Assembly (NCBI RefSeq): GCF_006345805.1
Contig: NC_042999.1
Span: 15,004,001-15,068,000 of the forward strand
Reading direction: 5' to 3'
Source: Octopus sinensis
Taxonomy: Eukaryota
DNA: 64,000 bases
A program made the translations under genes and the position numbers. Shown here piece by piece: positions 47,829 to 61,600 of the stretch. Under the pieces are notes generated by a model. That model was not told where the DNA came from. It made no database searches and was given only the letters and a program-made list of their open reading frames with translations. Position 1 is the first letter of the stretch. Each line of letters starts with the position of its first letter.

Positions 47829-50800
47829 AGCAAACTGAACCATAAATACACCCAAAATGCATGTCGAAAATAGCTGTACATCTACAATAAAGTCCAATAT
47901 TTATGTCTTTCCTTATACATCATCATGAAAAAAGATCAGATTAAATTTGTGATGCAACCTTGGATTTACAAAGTCAACTGGTGATGGACTTCCACTTTGG
48001 ATCTTGCCTTACAATTACCTGGAGTAAATAACCAATCACAAAACAGTCTGTTTGCCTGGGGCATCACTATCAGCAAAGAGCTTAAGAAGTATTTTGTCCA
48101 TGGCGGCAAGCAGGCAGAATCGTTAGCACGGCGAGCAAAATGCTTTGCAGTATTTCGGTCGCCACTTCATTCTGAGTTCAAATTCCGCCGAGGTCGACTT
48201 TGCCTTTCAACCTTTCGGGGTTGATAAATTAAGTACCAGTTTCACACTGGAGTCAATGTAATCGACTTAATCCGTTTGTCCCATCTGTGTTTAGCCCCTT
48301 GTGGGTAGTAAAGAAATAGGTATTTTGTCCAGATTGACAATCCCTTATTAATAACTCTTCACCACACACAAACATCAACACTATCTCAAGCATAATCCCA
48401 CATTACAATTTTAAGCCATTTCTAACCTTTACTTACCCTTACATAAAAGCACCATCTGTTCATGTCCGTTGCCAGCCTCGCCTGGCCCCATGCCGGTGCA
48501 CATAAAAGCACCATTCGTTCATGGCCGTTTGCCAGCTTCGTCTGGCACCTGTGCGGGTGGCACGTAAAAAGCACCCACTACACTCACAGAGTTGTTGGCG
48601 TTAGGAAGGGCATCCAGCCGTAGAAACACTGCCAGATCAGACTGGGCCTGATGCAGCCTTCTGGCTTCACAGACCCCAGTAGAACCGTCCAACCCATGCT
48701 AGCATGGAAAGCGGACGCTAAATGATGATGATGATGATTACTACCAGTATGTGCATTCTTCAGTTGTGTTCACCTACTTCTCTCACAAATTTTTAAACTT
48801 CAAATTAGGGCAGCTTTCAACTCTATTGAATTTTGAAATGTTCATATTACTTACATTTTCTTTTAAACTGAAAAGGCCAGACCTACCCAAGTTAGTTTGA
48901 GTGAAAGTCTATTATACAAAATACAACACCATAGTCTTAGATACAATTCACCTGTTTTGAATACTACAAACTGATCTTTGAACTTTCAACCAAACCAAAG
49001 AGCTTAGGGTAGTAGCACAACCACACCTAAATTAGTTTCAGTGACTAAAAGGTATTCAGTGTTGTTTAGTTCTAACTACATTACAATACACACCTAAAAA
49101 CATTAACCTACTCTCTCACAGTCTGGATTCTATCTAACCTGACACACCCAATTTTAACTGAATAAACTCCAGATTTTTCTCTGGCCTTCACAGTCTTGAA
49201 CTGCTCAGAGTATATTGCCAATTTTGACACACACACACACACACACTCACATACACACTCACCCACATATAGAGTTCTATGCCAGATAATGTTTACACAA
49301 TCATCATCATCATCGTTTAACGTCCGCTTTCCATGCTGGCATGGGTTGGACGATTTGACTGAGTTCTGGCGAACCAGACTCCAATCTGATCTGGCAGAGT
49401 TTCTACAGCTGGATGCCCTTCCTAATGCCAACCACTCAGAGAGTGTAGTGGGTGCTTTTACGTGCCACCAGCACAAGGGCCAGTCAGGTGGTACTGGCAA
49501 CGGCCACACTCAATGGTGCTTTTTCTGTGCCACCTGCACAGGAGCCAGTCCAGCGGCACTGGCAACGATCTCGCTTGAATGTTTTTTTCATGTGCCACCA
49601 GCATAAGTGTTAGTAAGGGTACACAGGTAACGATCACGCACGAATGGTGTTTTTAACGTGCCATCAGCACAAAGGCCAGCTTGTTGCTCTGACAACGATC
49701 TCACTCGTATGGTACTCTTAGTGCTCCACTAGCAATGGATGCCAGTCACAAGTTTGATTTCGATTTCACTTGCCTCACAATGTGATATATTATTGATATT
49801 TTACTATTGTTATGTTATTACATATGTGTGTTATATAGTGTACATAATATATTACACATAGAAATATATAAATATAAATCATTTGTGTTTGTGTGTATAT
49901 GCATACATACACACCCATATGTATGTATGTATACACACAAATATTATATCTATACTGACTACTTCCATCAACAATTTAAGAATCAAGTAAGGTGGCGAGC
50001 TGGCAGAAACGTTAGCTCGTCTGGCGAAATGCTTAGCAGTATTTTGTCTGTTTTTACTTTCTGAGTTCAAATTTCGCTGAGGTTGACTTTGCCTTTCATC
50101 CTTTCTGGGTCAATAAATAAAGTACCAGTTGCATACTAGGGTTGATCTAATTGACTGGGCCCCGTCTCCAAAAATTTTGGGCCTTGTGCCTAGAGTAGAA
50201 AAGAATTCAAGAATCAAGTAATGTTACATATAGTTTACAAGTCTCTAATGATTTGACAATGCGTTTTGGTTATGTCACCAATAATTATTTTTTGTTAATG
50301 AAATGTATGTAGGACAGTGTAACTAAATATCTTATAAACAATCTTCCTTGTTTTATTATATGTTATGTGTATGCCTGTGAAAGTGTGTGTGTGTGTGTGT
50401 GTGTTCCACATAAAAAGCTATTGTGCTAGTGTCACATAAAAAAGCACTTGTGCTGGTATGACATAAAAAGCACCTAGTACACTCGGTAAAGTTGTTGGTG
50501 TTAGGAAGAGATCCAGACATAGAAATCAAGCCAAAACAGGTCAATCTTTGTACAGCTCTCCAGCTTGTCAGCTTCTGTTAAAGTGTCATATTCATGCCAA
50601 TATGTAGAAACAGGTGTTAAATAATGAAGATGAATGTGCTCACTGTCAAATTCACTCCCAGACACTGGTCAGTCAGGGCCTTTAGAGAAGACCTTACTCA
50701 AGGTACCATGCAGTGGAACTGAACCTGAAATCACATGATTGCAAAGTGAACTTCTTAACCACTTAACCATGCCTGGTATATACTCAGTAAAATTAGTTAT

Positions 50801-51012
50801 AATAAAAAACAAACAAAAATAAATAAACTATCTCCCTCTTTGATATTCCTATCAACCCTTTAGCATTCAGGTTACGTAATCAAATGTAGTAATATTAACT
50901 TATAATTTACATTGTTTTGGATTTATCCTGCATCTACTTGTAGCCTTGAGATTTCGATTATGTGGCTGTATATTTTTTAGGCTGAGCACTCCCAAAATAT
51001 GTGTACCCTTAA

Positions 51013-51229
51013 CCCTTTTGATACCAACCCACTTGAAACCACCTCTCACTCTGTAATACAAATGTCTTGTTTTCAAAGGTTCTGAATTAAAATCTTCCAG
51101 CAAACCCTAGTCACAATTTATGTTCCTAACATTAGTTTAATGATAATTAAGTTATTTTACTAAATTCTTTTATTTAAAATTAATTGAAAGAAACTCAGAA
51201 TATCTCAACAGAAATATGGTACAAAAGGG
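51013..51229. mobile_element. piggyBac-type MITE (duplicated at 61827-62046)
   Basis: TTAA|CCCTTTTG...CAAAAGGG|TTAA. Confidence 0.8.
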
Positions 51230-51698
51230 TTAATGTAGCTATGAGGGACACACAAAATGTGACAAGGATGGCTCTTTGAAATATGGGTACAACTTGTTAA
51301 TGTCAGCTGAGTGGTCTGGAGAAATGTAAAATAAAGTGTCTTGCCCAAGGTCACAATATGCAACTGGGTTTCAAACTCACAACCCTATGATTGTGAGCTA
51401 AATACCCTAACCACTTAGCCAGGCACATTATTGATACCCATGGTGTTTATTACCACCCTGTTTATGTTTCTTTACTTCAAGGTTGACATTATCTTGCATC
51501 CCTGAAAATGACAATAAAATAAGCTATGTGAAGGACTTAATGATTGAAGCCAGTAAAAAGAATATAAGTACATTTATCTGTCTTTGTTTAAACAGAGCTT
51601 AAGCTAGAACAACACTACATACAATCAACATATTTATTAAGACATTGGCAAATTTGTAAAGCTCTTGAGATTATCATATTGGTGTGTATGTATATTTA

Positions 51699-53887
51699 GG
51701 GTGGAGCGAAAAATGTACATTTTTACACAGATTTTCAAAATATATTTTCAAGAATATATTTTTTATTGCGAAATCTTTTAAAAACAACTGTGTTAAAATC
51801 TGAAGTTGTTAAATTTACATCTTCAGGCTCCGCAACCCACTTGAAATTTTGAATAATGAGCCAAAAAATCGACTTATAAAACGTTTGCCATTCCTCATTT
51901 TATTTTTCACATTCATAGTAACGAATTAATTTTCTTTTGCTAAATGCTTTGAAAACAAGCATGTTAAATCTCAGGCTCCAAAATTTTAATTTTTAGGCTC
52001 TCCGCAACACACTTGAAATTTTGTAATTATGTGAAATAAATAGACTTGTTAGCTTTGTTTACTTTATTATATATGTGTTACATATGAGATGGCTTCCAAA
52101 TATATGTGTTACATGAGGTCTAGATTACACATATATTAAAATAAATTTAGAAAGTTGTCGAGATTGTAGCAGAAAAGACAATTCTTCTTTGAAAAAGGCA
52201 TCCATCCCTTGTGTTATGACTGAGTCAGTTAAACTGAAAATCTTAAACTTTCCTTAGCTGACATAGAAGGGCGACTGTGATCTGGCTGATTCTCTCTAAT
52301 CCACCTCTAACATTCTGTTTTATACTGCTTGATCTATTCTGCCAATGATCATTTTGCAATTTGTCCGTTCATCATCAACATCATCATCATTGTTTAACGT
52401 CCGCTTTCCATGCTAGCATGGGTTGGACGATTTGACTGAGTTCTGGCGAACCAGATGGCTGCACCAGACTCCAATCTAATCTGGCAGAGTTTCTACAGCT
52501 GGATGCCCTTCCTAACGCCAACCACTCAGAGAGTGTAGTGGGTACTTTTACGTGCCACCGGCACGAGGGCCAGTCAGGCTGAACTGGCAACGGCCACGCT
52601 CAAATAGTGTTTTTTTATGTGCCACCTGCACAGGAGCCAATCCAGCGGCACTGGCAACGATCTTGCTTGAATGTTTTTCCACGTGCCACCAGCATAAGTG
52701 CCAGTAAGGTGGCACAGGTAACATCATGCTCGAATGGTGCTTCTTTTTACATGCCATTGGCACGGAGGCCAGCTTGTTGCTCTGGCGATGATCTCGCTCG
52801 TATGGTTGATCCTGATCTTGTAAGAAATTTTCTTCTCTCTCTGGTACATTTTTGTCTCCACTACAACTGCAGCTTTTAACCCTTTAGTGTTCAGATTATT
52901 CTGTCAAATGTAATGTTTGTTTATTTAAAATGGCTTGAATTAATCATGCATTATCTTGTAGTTTAGAGATTTCGGTGATGTGATTTTTTAGTTTTAGAAC
53001 GACATGGTAGGGCTGAGATGAAAGGTGAGATCTGGTCAGTTTCAATGTATAACAGGTTAATATTTTGGCCAGATATGGCCGGTTTGAATGCTAAAGGGTT
53101 AAAGGAGTTGCACTGCGACAGGAAATGTCAATAAATCTTTTGTTGCATTGTTTTTAAACGCATTACACTTGTTTTGAAATGATGGCACATTTTTTTTCTA
53201 TTTTTCACAGATTTTAGTAATGCTTGGTAATCTACATAAAAGTTAAAGATTTTTGGTTTAAACTGATTCAATCGTAACAAGGGAAAGATGCCTTTTGCCA
53301 AAGAAGAATTATGTTTTCTCCTACAATCTTAACAATTTGTTTAATTGAAGGACCTTTCTTAACTACATTCTTTTCTTTTTTCTCATTCAAATAAAACACA
53401 TTTTAGCACATCCTTGTAAGTTGGCAAAACTCGCCCACTAAGATCACATGGAGCACCAAATATTGGGTATTCAATATCATGCTTGTGAGTCATCACTAAA
53501 TGTAAAGAATACTAAATTTAACACGGTCATTATTTTAATATAATGGCCTAAAGTCAAGGTACAAAGCAGAAAACTTCACACATGTATGACATACATCCAC
53601 ACACAATGACCATTGGCAGCGGCACTAGAGAGAAGTTTCACTCCTATTCTCTTTATTGTCAATGCAGAACCTCAAGCTATTAGTCTTTGTATTGAAACTT
53701 GGTATGCAACCTTTTAAGGACACTATATTTACTGTTTTGCTTTCTGCTACGTAGAAATACATTGCAGAGCCTGAAAAAATATACTTAACCACAAAGTTCT
53801 TTATACACCTTTCTTTTAAACCTTAATTTGCAACAAAATATTGATTCTTGATTACCAATTTTGAAAGTTGCATTTTTCGCTCCACCC
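51699..53887. mobile_element. 2.2-kb non-autonomous TIR element with TA flanks; contains SINE-C (52375-52810) and a piggyBac-type MITE
   Basis: TA|GGGTGGAGCGAAAAATG ... CATTTTTCGCTCCACCC|TA; diverged internal inverted blocks 52141-52250 vs 53240-53345. Confidence 0.7.
52880..53098. mobile_element. piggyBac-type MITE, second family (duplicated at 63699-63918; partial copy near 44225-44313)
   Basis: TTAA|CCCTTTAGTGTTC...GAATGCTAAAGGG|TTAA. Confidence 0.8.
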
Positions 53888-53929
53888 TAATGTATATGTA
53901 TGTGTGTATCTGTACATATTATATATATT

Positions 53930-53971
<42 letters not shown>

Positions 53972-54189
53972 TATATCACCGTGATCACCGGTGATATCAC
54001 CGTGACCGACCAGGCTATCAGATGTTGCTACACGTCGCTGGTCACAATGCGCTTCGCATTGTTTTAGCCTTCAAATGACGCCACCACCCCGCTGGCCAAG
54101 CGAGCAGGCCAATATATATATATGTATATATATATCTGCACCACCAAGCCACCATCACACCAACTAATAATATATAAGAGGTCCGTTAC

Positions 54190-55510
54190 AGTTTAATGGA
54201 CAGAGGTTCGTTAAACTTCCCAACACGCTAAAAGAGGGTACAATATGTTCTGTCCATAAAGGAGGGAACAGAGCAGATGCTAAAAACTACAGGCCCATCT
54301 CTCTGGCCTCACATATTAACAAAGCAATGGAATGCATTGTCAGAAAAGACTGATCCTATTCCTAGAAGAAAACAACCTTCTCACAAGTATGCAACATGGC
54401 TTCTGTCCAGGGAGGAGCTGCCTCACACAGCTGCTGCAGCACTTTGACTGGGTACTACTGACACAGCAGCTAAACTAGTCAGCTGTAGATGTGATATACC
54501 TCAACTTTGCCAAGGCCTTCGACAAGTTGATCATGGCATGATACGTCACAAGCTGCAAAACCTTGGTATTACCGGAAACTGGGAGAGTGGCTGAATGACT
54601 TTCTGAAGGGCAGGAGTCAGACAGTTGTAGCCATGGTGCTCACTCTGAAGACACCAATTCTCAGCGAGTCCCACAGGAAACTGTACTGGGTCCACTAAAA
54701 TTTGTGGTGGCCCTCTCAGACATGCCCTCTGCGGTACAGTCAGCCAATCCGACCAGTTATGCTGACAACACAAAAGTATTGCAGGCAGTTAGGAACCCAG
54801 AGGACATCATAAAACAACAGACAGACCTGAATGAAATATATAAATTTCTATAAGGCTGACTGGAAGTCACTTGAAAAATAGATACTTAGCAGGGCTGACC
54901 TAAAAACCTCTCTATGCAAGACATAGAATTGAAACTCAATAAATTAATGTCAATAATACGAGCCATATGCATTAAATATGTCCAAGAGAAGAGAGATCAA
55001 TGCTATGAAATTTCAGCCCAACAATAGGTTAAAATCAGAATACCCTGGATCAGAAGGTAATGCGATCCCAGAGTCAGTGCATGACCTGGGGGTTCACATA
55101 AGCAATGATGCAACATTCCATGTTCATATTACCAGATGGCAACACTGTGCAGGTGAGTGGCTGGCTGGATTCTGAGGACATTCAGAACCAGATAAAGAAA
55201 GGCCCTGCTACTCCTATGGAGGACTTTTGTTCTCAGCCACTTGGACTACTGTTCCAACTATGGTTCCCAGAGTGTGTGAAACAAACTGTGGAACTTGAAG
55301 CAATCCGGTGCCTATACACAAAGAAGATTGACTCAATGCAAAAGATGGCCTACTGGGAGAGGCTAAAGGAGCTGAGTCTCTATTCCCTGGAGAGAAGATG
55401 AGAGAGACATGCAGTGATATATATTTGGAAGATCTTGGGGTGTTTAGCTTCCACTTTTAGAATTAACAGCCATGCCAATCCTTGAACTGAATGGCACTGC
55501 ATCATACCTT
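54190..55510 (+). pseudogene. CR1/Jockey-group LINE reverse transcriptase remnant
   Basis: VHKGGNRADAKNYRPISLAS, QHGFCPGRSCLTQLL, DVIYLNFAKAFDK, VPQETVLGP, YADNTKV, HDLGVHIS, LDYCSQLW, YWERLKELSLYSLERR. Confidence 0.9.
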
Positions 55511-55659
55511 AGTTGGCATATATATTTTATGATTTCGTACTGTTATTGTTCACAATATAGCTTATTTCTCTTTTTACGAGATCAGTGACAGATTGTCACT
55601 GGAAAAAGCATATAGTATTTTGTGAGTGAAATGAGTTTTCATCACCAGCTGGTGATTAT

Positions 55660-55704
55660 CACATACTGAAGACAGGTAACTACTCAGAAACCCGGGTCTG
55701 TGTG
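55660..55704 (+). ncRNA. Hammerhead with intact core, stem I and stem III, and decayed stem II
   Basis: cacata CTGAAGA caggtaactactca GAAA C CCGG G TC tgtgtg; palindromic CCGG loop; GUC site. Confidence 0.6.
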
Positions 55705-56402
55705 TATCACGTCAGGCTAGAGTTGGAGCGATGACCTACCCTTGCAAATACTAATCGGACACAGACAGTATGTTATTAGCCAACTGGAGGAGATGTCTTC
55801 CTGGGGCTATAAACTACAGTAACATCGTCCTCTATGGAGCTGCCACATTTAGTTGGCAAATATATTTTACAATTCCGTACTGTTACTGTTTACCTCTCGC
55901 TCAGAAATTTAATATAGCATATATATATATAAACATATATATGTATATCAACATATATATAGTATATATCTTCTATATAAGTAAGTATGTATAAATTCAT
56001 GTTGTTGTTCTGGATAGAATTTTTTGTTGAAACTTTTTTCACAAATCCAAGTTAATTCACATTGACAAGCATACACCCTATTTACATCATAATTGCTACA
56101 GCAATTTGACAATTAACAATCTCATGCTCCACTTAACCGTGGGTATTCATAACAAACACTGCTGAATATCACAATGAAAGAAACTTGAAACCCCAGAAAG
56201 AAAGTGAAGTAAGTTTGTATTATTTTAAATAGAAAAGAATAAATATATTCGAAAGGTGGTTTATGGATATTTGCAAACAATGCTGCAAGAATGGGAAATA
56301 ACCAGAAATAGAATGCAAGAGGTTTTGGTTACAATCCTATGAAACATTTTTACAAAAACATTTCACAGGAGCATAGAAATATGAATACATATTGATACTG
56401 TT

Positions 56403-56608
56403 TTACTCTTTTACTTGTTTCAGTCATTTGACTGCAGCCATGCTGGAGCACCACCTTTAGTTGAGCAAATCGACCCCGGGACTTATTCTTTGTAAGCCCA
56501 GTACTTATTCTATCGGTCTCTTTTTGCCGAACCGCTAAGTTACGGTGACGTAACACACCACAGCATCGGTTGTCAAGCAATGCTAGGGGGACAAACACAG
56601 ACACACAA

Positions 56609-56678
<70 letters not shown>

Positions 56679-56852
56679 ACATATATACGACAGGCTTCTT
56701 TCAGTTTCCGTCTACCAAATCCACTCACAAGGCATTGGTGGGCCCGAGGCTATAGTAGAAGACACTTGCCCAAGGTGCCGCGCAGTTGGACTGAACCCGG
56801 AACCATGTGGTTGGTAAACAAGCTACTTACCACACAGCCACTCCTGCGCCTA
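56403..56852 (-). mobile_element. SINE-A
   Basis: Full-length consensus match. Confidence 0.9.
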
Positions 56853-57715
56853 TGTATATCAGTTTCCAGTTAATTTTTTCCTTATTTTTTTTTTGCTTAT
56901 TTTGTTTGTTGTCTTATAACTTTCACTTGGACGGATATTATTTTTGTTTGTTTTTGCTATGCAATCTATAATACATAAAAGTCAGTTTCAATCTTGCTTG
57001 CTTGCTTGCAATGTTACTCAGCGAACTGGTGCATAATGGGAAAATACCATGAATTAAGTTTACCCTGAAATGTTAATAGAATCGAATGAAACAAGTTTCG
57101 CGTAACTCAATAGTTTTCAAGATATTAGAGATTTTCAGGGTATAAATACCCAAATGGTCCAAAATGGCGAAATTGTCCCAAAAATATTCTTCATCCTGAA
57201 AGAGAAGAAACTCTTATCACTGTCCAGTTTTTGCTCCTGACTTTGACTCTCCATAAGTCCCAAATTTTATTTTGGTACTTACAGGAGCAACTGTCTTTGA
57301 AGACTCATATTGTCATTCAATGCTTGAAATGAAGAGTAGATAGACAGCCAACAACTGATGAAGGGTCGTTCTTTATGTCATTTCTCCTGTTTTCCATTTG
57401 TTTATCTCATTGTTTGCATATTGAACTCATTTGTTTTCGTATTTCATGTTGTTTACTGTTGGTGACATCCTGTACCCATATACGCATATGTATATATACA
57501 TACATACATACATACATACATCATGATAGATCAGTAGACACTACACACATTTTTTTCTCTCCTTGTTTCTTTCTGTGGAAGAGCATAGGCTTGAAACATA
57601 AAAGACTTCTTCATTTCCCAAGTGTTAAACTAATACATCTGTTTGTTTTCTACACCACCTGTCTTTGTCTTTTGTTTTTTGTGTGAATCTACTACCTATA
57701 TATATATATATATAA

Positions 57716-57973
57716 GTTCAGCAACAATTTAGAATCAAATGAATATGGTACTTAATTTAGATGCACCAGAATTTTGTATGGTGTTATCCATAAAAATTTG
57801 CGGGTGATTATAATCAAAAATAAGCAACAAAATTACTCCGGTAATTTGGTACAATTGTTTCGCACTACAACATTTTATTAAAAGTTGTAAGTATTACAAC
57901 AACTTTTAATAAAATGTTGTAGTGCGAAACAATTGTACCAAATTACCGGAGTCATTCTTGTTGCTTATTTTTT
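57716..57973. mobile_element. Terminal HHR module of the same family as 35081-35201 and 7594-7735, folded back on itself
   Basis: ttagatgcaccagaa...gtgattataa is shared with 7655-7712; inverted arms 57816-57888 and 57900-57973 each carry GAAAC-AATT-GTA; (TA)n on both sides. Confidence 0.75.
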
Positions 57974-58230
57974 ATTATATATATATATACATGGAATGAT
58001 ACAGTTATGGAGACTCACATACAAGACTTCAAGTTTCTGTGTCAATGATAGAATTAGTACATTTCTTTAGCTGTCTTCAGTCTGGAGCCTGCAGCACCAT
58101 CAATTACAAACATAGTAAAACCCTACATCACTAGTGGGAAGGAAAACAACTCTATATAGTCTGTCACTATATATATATAAATATATATATAATATATATA
58201 AATATATATTATATATATAATATATATATT

Positions 58231-58432
58231 TACTCTTTTACTTGTTTCAGTCATTTGACTGTGGCCATGCTGGAGCACCACCTTTAGTCGAGCAAATCGA
58301 CCCCAGGACTTATTCTTTGTAAGCCCAGTACTTATTCTATTGGTCTCTTTTGCCGAACCGCTAAGTGATGGGGACGTAAACACATCAGCATCGGTTGTCA
58401 AGCAATGCTAGGGGACAAACACTGACACACAA

Positions 58433-58463
<31 letters not shown>

Positions 58464-58628
58464 CATAATACGACAGGCTTCTTTCAGCTTCCGTCTACCA
58501 AATCCACTCACAAGGCATTGGTCGGCCCGGGCTATAGCAGAAGACACTTGCCCAAGATGCCACGCAGGGGGACTGAACCCGGAACCATGTGGTTGGTTAG
58601 CAAGCTACTTACCACACAGCCACTCCTG
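58231..58628 (-). mobile_element. SINE-A at the duplication junction
   Basis: Differs from 47424-47828 by several substitutions, but its right flank is identical. Confidence 0.9.
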
Positions 58629-61600
58629 AGCAAACTGAACCATAAATACACCCAAAATGCATGTCGAAAATAGCTGTACATCTACAATAAAGTCCAATAT
58701 TTATGTCTTTCCTTATACATCATCATGAAAAAAGATCAGATTAAATTTGTGATGCAACCTTGGATTTACAAAGTCAACTGGTGATGGACTTCCACTTTGG
58801 ATCTTGCCTTACAATTACCTGGAGTAAATAACCAATCACAAAACAGTCTGTTTGCCTGGGGCATCACTATCAGCAAAGAGCTTAAGAAGTATTTTGTCCA
58901 TGGCGGCAAGCAGGCAGAATCGTTAGCACGGCGAGCAAAATGCTTTGCAGTATTTCGGTCGCCACTTCATTCTGAGTTCAAATTCCGCCGAGGTCGACTT
59001 TGCCTTTCAACCTTTCGGGGTTGATAAATTAAGTACCAGTTTCACACTGGAGTCAATGTAATCGACTTAATCCGTTTGTCCCATCTGTGTTTAGCCCCTT
59101 GTGGGTAGTAAAGAAATAGGTATTTTGTCCAGATTGACAATCCCTTATTAATAACTCTTCACACACACACAAACATCAACACTATCTCAAGCATAATCCC
59201 ACATTACAATTTTAAGCCATTTCTAACCTTTACTTACCCTTACATAAAAGCACCATCTGTTCATGTCCGTTGCCAGCCTCGCCTGGCCCCATGCCGGTGG
59301 CACATAAAAGCACCATTCGTTCATGGCCGTTTGCCAGCTTCGTCTGGCACCTGTGCGGGTGGCACGTAAAAAGCACCCACTACACTCACAGAGTTGTTGG
59401 CGTTAGGAAGGGCATCCAGCCGTAGAAACACTGCCAGATCAGACTGGGCCTGATGCAGCCTTCTGGCTTCACAGACCCCAGTAGAACCGTCCAACCCATG
59501 CTAGCATGGAAAGCGGACGCTAAATGATGATGATGATGATTACTACCAGTATGTGCATTTCTTCAGTTGTGTTCACCTACTTCTCTCACAAATTTTTAAA
59601 CTTCAAATTAGGGCAGCTTTCAACTCTATTGAATTTTGAAATGTTCATATTACTTACATTTTCTTTTAAACTGAAAAGGCCAGACCTACCCAAGTTAGTT
59701 TGAGTGAAAGTCTATTATACAAAATACAACACCATAGTCTTAGATACAATTCACTCTGTTTTGAATACTACAAACTGATCTTTGAACTTTCAACCAAACC
59801 AAAGAGCTTAGGGTAGTAGCACAACCACACCTAAATTAGTTTCAGTGACTAAAAGGTATTCAGTGTTGTTTAGTTCTAACTACATTACAATACACACCTA
59901 AAAACATTAACCTACTCTCTCACAGTCTGGATTCTATCTAACCTGACACACCCAATTTTAACTGAATAAACTCCAGATTTTTCTCTGGCCTTCACAGTCT
60001 TGAACTGCTCAGAGTATATTGCCAATTTTGACACACACACACACACACACTCACATACACACTCACCCACATATAGAGTTCTATGCCAGATAATGTTTAC
60101 ACAATCATCATCATCATCGTTTAACGTCCGCTTTCCATGCTGGCATGGGTTGGACGATTTGACTGAGTTCTGGCGAACCAGACTCCAATCTGATCTGGCA
60201 GAGTTTCTACAGCTGGATGCCCTTCCTAATGCCAACCACTCAGAGAGTGTAGTGGGTGCTTTTACGTGCCACCAGCACAAGGGCCAGTCAGGTGGTACTG
60301 GCAACGGCCACACTCAAATGGTGCTTTTTCTGTGCCACCTGCACAGGAGCCAGTCCAGCGGCACTGGCAACGATCTCGCTTGAATGTTTTTTTCATGTGC
60401 CACCAGCATAAGTGTTAGTAAGGGTACACAGGTAACGATCACGCACGAATGGTGTTTTTAACGTGCCATCAGCACAAAGGCCAGCTTGTTGCTCTGACAA
60501 CGATCTCACTCGTATGGTACTCTTAGTGCTCCACTAGCAATGGATGCCAGTCACCAAGTTTGATTTCGATTTCACTTGCCTCACAATGTGATATATATTA
60601 TTGATATTTTACTATTGTTATGTTATTACATATGTGTGTTATATAGTGTACATATATATTACACATAGAAATAATATATAAATATAAATCATTTGTGTTT
60701 GTGTGTATATGCATACATACACACCCATATGTATGTATGTATACACACAAATATTATATCTATACTGACTACTTCCATCAACAATTTAAGAATCAAGTAA
60801 GGTGGCGAGCTGGCAGAAACGTTAGCTCGTCTGGCGAAATGCTTAGCAGTATTTTGTCTGTTTTTACTTTCTGAGTTCAAATTTCGCTGAGGTTGACTTT
60901 GCCTTTCATCCTTTCTGGGTCAATAAATAAAGTACCAGTTGCATACTAGGGTTGATCTAATTGACTGGGCCCCGTCTCCAAAAATTTTGGGCCTTGTGCC
61001 TAGAGTAGAAAAGAATTCAAGAATCAAGTAATGTTACATATAGTTTACAAGTCTCTAATGATTTGACAATGCGTTTTGGTTATGTCACCAATAATTATTT
61101 TTTGTTAATGAAATGTATGTAGGACAGTGTAACTAAATATCTTATAAACAATCTTCCTTGTTTTATTATATGTTATGTGTATGCCTGTGAAAGTGTGTGT
61201 GTGTGTGTGTGTGTTCCACATAAAAAGCTATTGTGCTAGTGTCACATAAAAAAGCACTTGTGCTGGTATGACATAAAAAGCACCTAGTACACTCGGTAAA
61301 GTTGTTGGTGTTAGGAAGAGATCCAGACATAGAAATCAAGCCAAAACAGGTCAATCTTTGTACAGCTCTCCAGCTTGTCAGCTTCTGTTAAAGTGTCATA
61401 TTCATGCCAATATGTAGAAACAGGTGTTAAATAATGAAGATGAATGTGCTCACTGTCAAATTCACTCCCAAGACACTGGTCAGTCAGGGCCTTTAGAAGA
61501 AGACACTTACTCAAGGTACCATGCAGTGGAACTGAACCTGAAATCACATGATTGCAAAGTGAACTTCTTAACCACTTAACCATGCCTGGTATATACTCAG

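Larger units (their letters stand above)
47829..53180 (+). repeat. Copy 1 of a large direct duplication (copy 2 at 58629-64000; period about 10.8 kb)
   Basis: Collinear near-identity including nested SINEs and MITEs; offset 10800 at the start and about 10818 at the end. Confidence 0.95.

Noticed and set aside
47990-48060. Possible minus-strand terminal exon (ttactccag|GTAATTGT...NCKARSKVEVHHQLTL*)
   Set aside because: It is too short, has no recognised homology and has no partner exons.
57300-57375. TGAAGA...GAAA and CTGATGA motifs
   Set aside because: I could not build consistent stems I-III; too degenerate to call a hammerhead.
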